NCBI RefSeq assembly: GCF_000143415.4 | Contig: NW_003314359.1 | Span: 405,477 to 469,476 of the forward strand | DNA: 64,000 nucleotides | Origin: Selaginella moellendorffii | Taxonomy: Eukaryota > Plantae > Lycopodiophyta | Direction of reading: 5' to 3' | Part shown: positions 10,581 to 22,300 of the stretch, piece by piece | How the letters are laid out: every line of letters begins with the position of its first letter | Position numbering within the stretch: position 1 is the first letter of the stretch | The notes under the pieces: model-generated | Databases searched by the model: none | What the model was told of the DNA's origin: nothing | The model's input: the letters and a program-made list of their open reading frames with translations, nothing else | Program-made: the position numbers and the translations under genes

Positions 10581-13500
10581 TTGCCGTGCTCTCTTATAAA
10601 CTTTCTTGGGTTAGACTGAAGGCAGTGCGAAAGTGAGCTTGAGGTTTGGTCAAAGATGAGACCAAAAAGAGAGTTCTTAGGGACGAAGGATCAAACATGT
10701 AAATCATTTTCTCTTCTTGGAGAGATGATTTGTAATGAGGTGTTAACTCATTTTTCATATTTACAATATGTAATCAAAAGTCCTTATCTTGGTGTATATT
10801 GAAAATGATGGTCTTACAAATGGTAAGTTGTGGGATGGATAGCAATGAAGCGTTATACCATTTTGTCCAGACTTGCTATTAGAAGACTTGGGTTACAATG
10901 TTCAATTCTTTTCCAGGAAAAACCTTGCTATTGCTCCTTGAGTAGCTTGGTGTTGGATTAGTGTTGAGTTTGGTTGGAAAGAGAGTGACATGAGCTTATC
11001 CATGTTGTGAACAAAAATTAGTGGTCTTCAGTGTTGTAAATTTCTATCAGTGGGGTATGGCATTTATGTTGCATTTTGTCAAATCGAGTTGGCACTTGAT
11101 AGTCACATGAACCTTTGAAGTAATAACATGGGTGTTGCTCATGGTGTTGCTCAATTGATGATCAATTCAATTGTGATATTTATATCATATCCATGTGATA
11201 ATGAGCAATGTGTTTATAAAGTTGCTTAGTTAAATGATGATCAACCCCCAAAATGGTTGATAGTGAAGCTAGTCTATTTGCAAATAGTAGTATTATAGTA
11301 GCTTTGACTAGATTCTCCATGGTGATCCATTATGCTAAACTTGAATTGGTATGTTGTTTCCTTGAGGGTTTGCCAATAAGGTATTGGAAAGGGTTATAAC
11401 ATTCACTTGCTATGACTTGTCGGTTAATCCCTTAGTATTTGGAGTAAATTGTTGGATGGAGAAGGTGTGTAGTTGAGGCATTGATATTGCTAACACTTGT
11501 GTTAATGAAAGTGGCATTGTTATTTCGAATGATGAGTAATTTTCCTTAGACCTTGAATTTCCATGTCATTTTTCTTGTTAGTGTTTTGGCTTCACATTAG
11601 ATCTTGAAGGTGATTGAAGAAAAGTATTAAGTGCAATATGGATATTCGAAGATGTGGTCTTCATGATCAAGCCTTAAATGTTTATTTTGCATTTTTAGCG
11701 GATGTTAGTGTTGGATTCGAAAAATGGGTAAAGATGTTTGATGCTTAGACATATTATTGGGTCATCAAAATTTGTGTTGAGGTGAACCTATATGAAGTTG
11801 TTAATAGGAAAAAGTTAGTTGAGTCTTAAAAGTTTGCATTCGTGGATTGAGAGTCATTTTTTCTCTAGAATGTAAAATTTTCCACAAATTTTCTTAAGCT
11901 TTTCCAATGGCTAGTCTATTAATCACTTTGCTGAAAAACCATTCCATTTTCATAAGCCAGTACAAACTAGTAAAGGGGTTGGAGTTGATTTCGGTTGGCT
12001 TAGATTTTAGTAGGTATGATGCAACTTGAAAAGGATGTTGACTTTTGGGGCTAAGGCAATTGAGTTGGATAAAGTTTGGAGTTGGTGTAGAAAAGTGGCC
12101 GTTGCACTTTTCTAAGAAGGGTGACTTTAAAGCTTTTCTTTTGTAGCATTGTGCTTGGTGGCAAGTTGCATCTTACATTTCGTTATACTCTATGAGAGTA
12201 GTGAGCTCTCATTGATCTTGACTTAGTCTTGGTGGTCTTATGCCTTGGCTGAGTATGGTGATGTCTAACTTAGTTGTTTGAGGTTGAAATGTTAGTACCC
12301 ATACTATAGCTTTGTTTAAGTGGAGGTTGTGTACCAATATGAGTCCATCTCATGGTCTTACTTTAGTTTCAACTAAGTATTGATCATGCATAGGTAGCCT
12401 CTTCAAGGCATGCTCAGAGCTAGTGGCTAAACGCATTAGTAAGCTTATTCTTATTGAGTTGGATTTGAGTGGTTATTTAGTTTGTGCTTGTCCATGAACC
12501 TTTATCTCATGCTTGAGGTATTACATTCATGTTAGACAAGTATATGATTTGATGGCATAAATTTAGTATTTGGGTCTTATGAAGGCAAATTGAACAATGA
12601 TTGTTGGTTGCTCTGTGACTAGTGATTGCTCATAAACTTTGTTCAAGACTGTTGACACTTGCTTTGCTCGATGATGATTTAGCAGTGATGGGCTTACTTT
12701 ACCAAATGGTGTTGTAAAAGATCATGTCATTAGACTTATATGGTTTTTCTATATTAGCATATCGACTTTACCTCTATCAATATCATTTGGTTACGTTTAG
12801 TCCATAGTGTTAAAATTCATTGAGTCTTGGACGTGGTGAATCACTCATCAATGATGTGTTATCTGTAACTAAGTATTGTTAATGTATTGGTCTCAGATAT
12901 TGACTAAAGTATCTTCGACTTTGGTTAGCTTGGTTGCTAGAGAGTTTTGGGTGTTGATTCACTCTTACTTTCTTCTAGCTTTGTTCTGGTGTTGATGGCA
13001 TTGAAATGATGTTTGTCGTTGACAATATTGATGTTGAGACTTGAGTGAAATGAGATGTCTCTCCATAGGATTGATATTGAGTTTCATTAGTTTCGATAAA
13101 GATAGTGTTGATGATTTGGCTTTACCTTTGTGTTGTTGGTATTCGTGCATTTGCTAGTTAGCAACTATATTGACGTTCAAATGAACTGAGTGGCAAGTTT
13201 GAGTTAGTTGTGTTCTATACGAGATTGTTTAGTAGGAGTTGAGTTTTAACCTTTTCTTTGAAAAGTGATTTAGTCGTGGACTATACTAACTCTATAAATG
13301 GAAGAGTTAGTGATCTATATTGGAATGTTTGAATCCTTGTTGGATTTGAGTTAGATATATTAATTGTTAATGATTCCTCTTGTGCTTGTTATGATGTGAG
13401 TTATGTCTTGCTATAGATGGATTTATGGAGGATTGTTTGATGATCACTTGTTAAGTATAATTTCATTATGTTTGGCTTTTGGATTGATGCATATATGCTC

Positions 13501-16101
13501 TTCATTAGCTTTGCATTATGAAGTTTAGCTTATGGATATGTTGAAGAAGATATTATGGATTGTGCCATGATTTCTTCTTTAACATTGAAGTTAGTTTATG
13601 CGAGACTCGTGATCATTGTTAGGCAAACTAGGCTATGGACTGCTTCAAGTTTTTGGTTCCTTGAGTTTTCATGCTCATTGTTCCATTTGTTAGAAGTTGT
13701 TGGGGAAGGCATTTTGACTTATTAGCTTCGATGTTGAAGTTGGCTTTTGCATCTAGCAATCTTTGGTGATGATTGACTATCATCTAGGATAGTTGATTAT
13801 CCTTGTTAAAAGGTTTTGTTTGATTGTTGTTGATATAGAATGATTTCCTATTCTTCAGAATGGTGGATTCCTTCTTTGACGATAATTATACATATCTCTT
13901 TTGATGAGATGATTGATGATCTTTTATGATAGTTAGTTGTTCGTTTTGATAGCTTATAGCTTTTTGCAATACCACATGTTCTTTGTGGTTTGCTTTAAAT
14001 TGGTTTCTTGAGTTTGAGACATCAACAAGATGTTGCTGACACTTACTAAAGCAACTTGGGTTCCTTTGTATTGTTGACTGGGATCTATTTTGATTGGCTG
14101 GTGTGATGGTTGGAATGACTAAGTGTTTGTTGGTCTTACCACATTCATTCTGTTCTGTTGATTATTGCTCGAGTTAGTTTTGATAAATTAGGATGTTATT
14201 TCCTTCGGGTGATACATTTGTGAGAATTTTGCTTATTAATCAATGATACTTTATGTTCTTTGAGCTGTCTTTTGTAAGTTGTTTGGCATGCTATCTACAA
14301 TATTTATTAGTTAAGTTTTATCATTGAGTTTCCTTAATGATATATTGACTATTGAATTTTGTTAGATGGTGAATCTTATGTTTTCCAACGGTAGTGATCT
14401 TGGTGGTTCCTATACTCTAATATTGGTTTATCAGATGATAACTTACTTGGAATACTTTCATGTTCTAAACTAAGCTTTATTCATTGATAATTAAATCTCT
14501 AAGATATTATTGTCTATAACTTTGATATTGTCTATATATTGATCTTTGCGTTTGGGCTAGTATAGGCAGACTAACTTTGGCATTTCATGTGCATGTTGAA
14601 ATCTCTAGTCATGGGGTAGCTACTATTGACTAGTCATATCACCTACCTCTCTGTCAATGATCCTTATTCCGTTAAAAGGACATCACCGTGTAAACAACTC
14701 TAACTACCTATTTACATTAGTCTATCTAAACCTTACTGATGGGTTTGGTTTCTTTGCTCATGAGGGTTAGGGCCTCTGGCTTCTCTCTCTATGTCCTTGC
14801 GGGCAGGGGCGTATCACACTTTTATAAGCTAGGTGACAACCAAAGCAGCAAGGGTAGCTAACTCTATTGGTCATTTCCTTGTCAGCGATAGCTGGAAGGT
14901 GTCTGAGTTGGTAGTGCATCTGTGTTAGACATAAAGGTTGCTTTCTAACTCATTTAAGTTGGTGCATTTTTCATATAGTGTGAATACCGTGAAGTTTTTC
15001 TAGAGTTGTTTTCTTGGCAGTATTCTAGACTCGAATATGCATCGACGAGGACATTCATCTTCCCTAAGGGAGGAAAGTGTCGTGAATGTGATTTTGGGTA
15101 TCAAAAGTTACATGTCGGCTAGTCCTTACGGACATTCTTTCCTTACTGCCACGATGGCAGGAGGTTGGTATTGTTGGACCCTTTATTAGTCTCTCTTGTT
15201 CAAGTGTTAGTAAACTGGGCTTAGCATCTATACTTGGCTGAATAAACATAAGGAAGGAATTTCTAAGTGTATATTTAGTTGAGCATACTTGGCCCGGCTT
15301 GTTAGTTTTCTTTTGCTTTGTCTTGTACTGGCTTGACAAAAACCCTCGCATATTGAGACTAGTCCCTCAGTATCGCTTAATGATAGCTTACCGTGTCTGC
15401 CAAACACCCTTGCTATCATGCCCTTTGTGTTAGTCTTATTTCGGTCTCAAATGCTATTTATGAAAAGTGTCTAGATTTGCTCATTTGGCATATCTACGGA
15501 ATGTAGAAATTGGCTTGAACATAATGGTGTTTATCTCGTGTCTAAATTCGCAATCTAGTGCTATTCTATATTTAGTAAGTTTCAAGCTTGTCTCAAAGAC
15601 TAACTCTTGATATTAAGGGAGGTTTGGGGCGAAAGGCCAAAGCGTGTGTTCCTCAAGGGGGGGGGGGCGGGGGGGGGTTCCAAATGTATAGTAGGAATAA
15701 TAGGTAGGTCGGGCATGGTTGACCAACTTGAGGCATAGTTTAGCTCTCACTTGCATGCCTGTCTTTGTTTTATATCCGGCTTAGGTTTAAGCTTAAGTTC
15801 CATTCCATGCTAGCTGGTGGAATATCCATATCCTCGCGTTAGGCCACCGATATGCTGAAATAGTGCCAAACTTTGTTTCGCTCCGTTTTGTGTGCTGGTC
15901 CTGACATTGGGATTCTAGATACTTTAGGACTGTTCCAAGTCACTCCGGGCTCCTATCCCTTAACTCCTTAGGCTGTATATTTGGGAATTGCTCTGTGGTT
16001 TGGTTCCGTCACTCTTTGGTTCCATGCTTGGGAGTTTGGCACCGTTCCTTTGTTCAGTGGCCCAAGGCCCTGAACCTCGGGTTCCACACCACTGTCCTAT
16101 G

Positions 16102-16139
16102 GACACGTGGCATGTGACACATGGCATTTGACACGTGGC
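16102..16139 (+). promoter_or_regulatory. Triple ABRE/G-box array (GACACGTGGC twice, GACACATGGC once; 14-bp period) in LTR E
   Basis: Direct motif match to the Em1a-type ABRE. Confidence 0.6.
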
Positions 16140-18145
16140 ACATTGAGGGTTTAGGTCCCGCTTCGTAGTTATCCTATGGTAAATCACCATAGGATAAAGG
16201 GTCAAAACCACGTGCGCTATATTTGGTATCAAAGGATGAGTCTCGGCGAGTACTATCCAATGAGATTGGGCAACTAGTCTTGTTGCATACACAGAGATGA
16301 AAATGATGATCTGAGATAATTCCCTCAATTCTTCTTTCAAAGTGGAATACAATATTTGTTGTTATGAGTGCATGGAATATAGAAAGGGAATACAGAAAAT
16401 ATGCATATCCATTAACCCAAAAACCCTAGCTTATATATAGGAGTGAGTGGTCCGAATTGAAATCAATTCGACAGCTACTAAAATCCCATTGCATATATAT
16501 GAACAACATCAAAATCATATATCTAAAACTTCAAAACCTATCGAGCAGTAAAATTAACTAAGTTTTTTCGCTTCAATAATGAAGTAACGGCAGCATAATC
16601 ACCTTTAAGTAACTTCTGAGAACCATAGATATGCATGAAGTTTCTCAAAACCCCAGACTGTTACTAAACACTCCTTCTCTATCGTGGAATAATTCACCTT
16701 TGCTGGTTGTAATATATGACTTATATACTCAATGGGATGGCCTTGACCAGGCACACTCAGGCTCTCTTGCATTAACACACCTCCAAAACCAATATTAGAA
16801 GCATCCACGTGCAAAATAAAAGGTCGAGTGTAGTCAGGATATGCCAAAATCGGAGGAGTCGTCAATAACTCTTTGAGATCCACGAACAGGAGACCAGATG
16901 AAAGATGACGTTGATGACTTCAGCAATGCTTATAATGGTGCAATGCAATCAAAAAGATGATTCACAAAACAACCAAGATACTGCACCTTGCTCAGGAAGC
17001 ACTACACATCATTCACACACTTCGAAGTAGGGAACTTTAAAACAACCACAAGTTTATCAAGATCAACTTGCAAACCCTCACGAGAAATATAGTACCCAAG
17101 ATAAATTGTGTCCTTGGACCTAAACACGCACTTTAGCTACTTCAGCTTTAAACCAACGTCCCGTAGTTGATCCAACACTTTACAAGCATTACAAATGTGT
17201 TCCTCTCATGTTTCCTCCAAGTGGATCAAGACATCATGAATGAAGTCAGTAGTCACCTCTTGCATATCGCAAAGAACCTCGTCTATCATCTGCTAAAAAG
17301 TTGCAAGAGCATTGTTCAAACCAAACAACATCACCAAGAACTCGTACAAACCAAATGGTGTATAAAAAGTAGTCTTAGGAATATATGTTTCGGCCATCAG
17401 TACTTGCCAGTACCTAAAAGCAAAATCTAGCTTAGTGAATTAACAACTTCGCCCCAGACAATCCAAGAGATCAGTAGTGTGAGGAAGAGGGTACACATTT
17501 GGGATAGTCACTTTGTTTAACGGATGATAGTTGATGTAGAAATGAATACTCCCATCATGCTTCGTCACAAGATGAGGTTCACATGCTCAAAGACTCCATA
17601 ACTTTTGAATAACACCCTTCTCTAACATCTCCTTGACGTTTGTACTTAAAATCTTAATTTCTTTGGGTGATTAACGACAAACAGGAACCTTGATTGGACG
17701 AGCATCCCCAATTGGAGTCAGATGATGTGTGGCAATCTTGACCCCAGACGTAAGTCAAATTCAAAGAGATCAAAATACTCCTTCATGAGCTAATCAACTG
17801 TTACAACACAAATATTGTCAGAAGGATTGGAAAAGGGAAGAGCAGAACAAGATGGAAACATAGGAGGAAGTAGTGGGGGGAAAAAATTATATGGAAGCAA
17901 AAGTAGAAGCAGAGGGATGAAGAAGTACAGAAGTGAGAGGAATGGATGAAATATAAAAAAGTATGAGACAAGGGGGAGAAGCCTCAAAGTCACACTTGGC
18001 ATGATTGTGCTACAATCAATCTTACAAGGAATGAGGTCAAAAGCTTGACTCAACACCACCTGCAATGACTGCAACCCAAGCTCGAGATCACCCACATGCA
18101 CAACCAGGTCCGCCTTGTCCCGTGCATGTGTAGTGAGAAGTGAAA

Positions 18146-19300
18146 TGTAAGGAACCAACTCCTTGAGGTATCGTATGCTAAAGGATCCCCGAAAACATGA
18201 CCGAAATGACAAAGAGTTCATTGGATGAGACTGAGTCTAAGATCAAGTCCAAGACCGACTTCGAGACCGAGTTCGAGATAGAGTCCAGGATCGAGTCTGA
18301 GGTTGACTCGGAAACCGAGTTCGAGACCGAGTTCAAGACAGAGTCTGAGATCCGAGATCGGGTCCGAGACCGAGTCCGAGGTCATGTCCAAAGTCGAGTC
18401 CGAGATCGGGTCCGAGATCGAGTCCGAGACCGAGTCCGAGACCGAGTCCGAGACCGAGTCCGAAGTCGGGTCCGAGATCGACTCCGATACCAAGTCCGAG
18501 TACTAATACAGGTCAAGGGGTGAAAGCCCAAAGCGTGCGTCTCCTAGGGGAGGGGGGGGGGGGGCTGTAGGGGGTTCCAAAAGTATAGTAGGGATAGTGA
18601 GGTCTAGGAACCAGTTTTGAAGGAATTCTCCAGTGGTGCTTCCAAACTGACTTGAGGTTGAGACTGGGGCCAAGGGGCCTTGGGTGGGAGTAAGCATGAA
18701 CTCGGGTGGTGCTGAAGGGGCCACCCAAGGAAGTGCTCAAGAGTAGCTCCCACTCCCAAAAGGGAAACTGATTACCAGTGCTCCCGGCTCATGTGGAGTG
18801 GTGCCCCACTTGAGTACCTTGTGGCTCATTGGTCCTTGCCTTTCCTAGGGGCTTGGGCCTTTCCTTCGGGATGGAAGTGGGGGGGTAGAGGTACCTATAC
18901 TGGGCCGTTAGGCCATAATGTTTCACCCTAATGTACCGAAGCAAGTGTTGCATCCAAGGCTTGGGATTTAGAGGGTCCCATAATCAAGCTTTGTTGTACC
19001 AAGGGAGGCTAGGAACTTGGAGGCTTGGTGTGCTTGGTGGCTTGTGCCTGCGGGGAGTGTAGCCAAACCTTAAGTTCAATCTAACCTAGAGAGGGGGATT
19101 GGGAGAGATTTGGGAATCCGTGGATGGGTGGCTAATGCTCCGTTGCTCGTGCAGTGAGTAACTAAAACCAAATAGGACCAAGTAGGAGCTGGTACAATAG
19201 GCAGGAACCTTGGCAAGGGAACTTAGCGAAAGCCAAGGCAGAGTTGGTTGGATAAACGAGGTAAGTTGGCAAATTGGAAAGGAAAAATTTGTGGCTTACA
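18146..19300 (+). repeat. 5' LTR of element B
   Basis: TG...CA ends; CCGAGA/GAGTCC repeats at ~18225-18500; homologous to 24531-25429. Confidence 0.92.
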
Positions 19301-19359
19301 ATTTGGTATGAGAGCTTTTTCCTCAATTCTAGCGAAGGATAGAGGCGGATTGCTGAGAG

Positions 19360-22300
19360 ATGGCAAAAGCAAGGCGGAAACAAACTAAGGCAGAGACAGA
19401 ACCTCCTTCAAAGCTGGAGCCTCCGGTCGAACAAGATGCTATGAAGAGGAATCCTTGTATGAGGAGGACTTCAGTGAGGAAACTTCCAAATAGAAGTCCA
19501 GTGGTGAGGTTTGGTCGTCCAAGGTTCGATTGGACGTTCTAGAAGGACAATTGGCACAGACTAATGCTCTGCTGGAGACTCTCGTATACAAGGGAAAGCG
19601 TGACGAGAAGCGGAAGAAAAGGCAAAAGACTACGGATGCTAGCAGCACAGAAGGCGCGGACCCTTCGGCAGGGACTAAGGCAAAACCAAACAAGGTCGAA
19701 TAGACTGAAGTGGAATCAATCCCTCAGGCAGTTCCCAAGTACAAACTAAAGCCCCCACTAGTCTTCAAGGGAGTAAATGACTATAAGGTGGTGGAGGATT
19801 GGTTTTACAATATGGAAAACTACTTCCGAGCGTTGCGGTTACTAAGCTTAGAGAAGGTCTCATGTGCAAAACTATACTTGGCAGATAATGCCAAGTCTTG
19901 GTGGAGAACGATAGAGGCCAACGAAGGACCGGTGGCCATTTGGGAAATGATGAAGGTGAGGATTCGCACGACTTACGTTCCTCCGAATGCTACTCTACAT
20001 CTAAGAGACGAGTTGAGTAGGCTGAAGCAGATCGGAACCATTTAGAAGTATGTGAATGGGTTTATGGCAAAGAGGATACTTGTCACGGACATGGGGGATA
20101 TGGATGCGTTCCATGCCTTCATATCAGACTTGCAAACCTGGGCTCGCGGTGAGGTGATGCGTTGGAACCCGACCAACTACAAGAAGCGTTGGATGCGGCC
20201 ATCAAGGTGCATTTCAAGAATAACCTGTGAAAGGGGAACACAACGGGGTCGGGGTCCACGTTTAGCAAAGGGGCTAAACCAAGGCAAACATATAGCAAAG
20301 GGAAATTTAAGAAGAGTTTCTCTAAGTATATGTCCTCGGGGTTCCGGAAAGGCAAATCTGGTGGCTAGCAAGCAAGTACATGGGGGAGTCAAGCAAAAAG
20401 AGACAAACCCACGGATAAAAAAGTCAAGTTTCTTAGCATCGTGGGAAACAATATATGCTATAACTACAATGAAGCAAGACACTTTTCAAGAGAATGTCCC
20501 TACCTGAAGAAGGCCAGAGCCAATATGGCCATTAAGTTGGGTGAAATCCAAACTAAGGTATGTGATCTAGTCCCTAGCTCAAAGTTACTCATTACATGAG
20601 CAACTTTGGTAGAGAGTCATTCACGACATTTACTAGCCCTCCGAGGGAAGTTTGGAGGTAGCTTTGTTAAGATCCTTATTGACACAGATGCTTCGGATAA
20701 TTTGTGGCTGCAGACATAGTCCGGCAAACCGAACTAACAGTGTAGTGGCTAGGTGAACCAAGGACTATAGAGTTTGTTCAAGGTAGCTAGAGCACCGATG
20801 AGGTACTTCGACAAGCAAGAGTTGAAGTAGGGACTTGGAAAGTAGACATCAATTTCACCGTGTTGAATATGGCGGGATTTGACGTGATCTTTGGAATGGA
20901 TTGGTTCAATCGGTTTGTGGTAGCCCTGCATGGACAAGGTAGGAACCTTGTGAAACTAACGAATGCCCAAGGAAGAAAATCTAGGGTGGAGGCCCAGGAT
21001 CTAAAGGTAGGGCAATGCAAGGCCAAAGATTCCTACTTAAATCTAGTGTCCACAAGAGGACAACTCACTAAAGGAATGAAAGCAGCATTTTTGTGCTTAC
21101 TCTTGGTGAAGAGTGACAAAAAGACGGGAATGGAAGAAGTACCTTTAGTGATCTAGCGGGTGTTGGACCAATTCCAAAATATCATGCCGGAGGAGCTACC
21201 GGCGGGGTTGCCCCCTGCACGACCGATAAAACATAAGATTGAGCTGGTCGAGGGTCTTGAGGCGGTGGTTCGTCCCCCCTATCGTTTGAACAAAAAAGAA
21301 CTCAAGGAGCTCAAGCGCTAACTAAAGGAGTTGGTGGATAAAGGGTATGTTAGGTTGAGCAAGTCGTCGTATAGGGTGCCGATGTTATTTGTGAAAAAGA
21401 AAGATGGATCTATGCGCATGTGCATAGACTACTGGTTGCTCAACAAGTATACAAAGAAGAACAAGTACCCTTTGCCAAGGATTGAGGATTTGTTCGATAG
21501 GTTGGGAAAGGCAAAATACTTCTCGAGGATTGACCTAAGGTCAGGATACTACCAGATCAGGGTAGCAGAGGAAGATGTCGAGAAGACAACCTGTCAAACA
21601 AAGTATGGGAGCTTTAAGTTTCTGGTGATGCCCTTCGGGCTATGCAATGCGCCGGCAATGTTTTTGGCGTAGATGAACCATATCTTTGTACCTTATTTAG
21701 ATCACTTTGTGGTTGTCTATATTGAGATATCCTAATCTATAGCAAAATGCTAAAGAAGCATGCCGAACACTTGACGAAAGTGTTTGAGAAACTAAGGGAA
21801 CACCAATTGTATGCTAAAGAGAGTAAATGTGACTTTGCTCAACAAGAGGTAAAGTTTCTCAGATATATGGTGGGCAGGGACGGGCTTAAGGTGGACCTTG
21901 AGAAGGTCTAAGCAATCCAAGATTGGGTGCAACCATCAAATGTACATGAGTTAAGGGCATTCTTGGGGCTATGCAACTACTACTGAAAGTTTATCAGACA
22001 CTATTCGAGAGTAGCCATGCCCTTAACGGACCAAACCGGAAAAAGGAAGATGGTATGGATAGCAGAATGCAAGGCAGCATTTGTCCACCTCAAAGGGAAG
22101 TTGAGGAAGGCTCTTGTGTTGGCGTTACTAAACTTTGGTAAAGACTTTGAGATAGAAACAGATGCTTCAGACTTTGTGTTGGGCATAGTTTTGAAGCAAA
22201 ACAACCATCCAATAGCCTTCTTCTAGAAGAAGTTGGACAAGGCTCAACGGAAGTGGCCTGTCCACGAGAAGGAATTGTTTGTGGTGGTCAAGGCGCTCAA

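Larger units (their letters stand above)
10206..16235 (+). mobile_element. Element E: non-coding T/G-rich LTR-element interior plus an LTR (~15078-16221)
   Basis: No long ORF over ~5 kb. CGACGAGGACATT plus PPT AAGGGAGGAAAG (15066-15077) precede TG. LTR core GGGCGAAAGGCCAAAGCG..polyG..GTATAGTA is shared with A and B. PBS-like TGGTATCAAAG at 16224-16234. Confidence 0.6.

Noticed and set aside
10600-15060. Hidden gene in the T/G-rich stretch
   Set aside because: No ORF or exon chain with recognisable motifs; it ends in a PPT-LTR junction typical of an eroded element interior.
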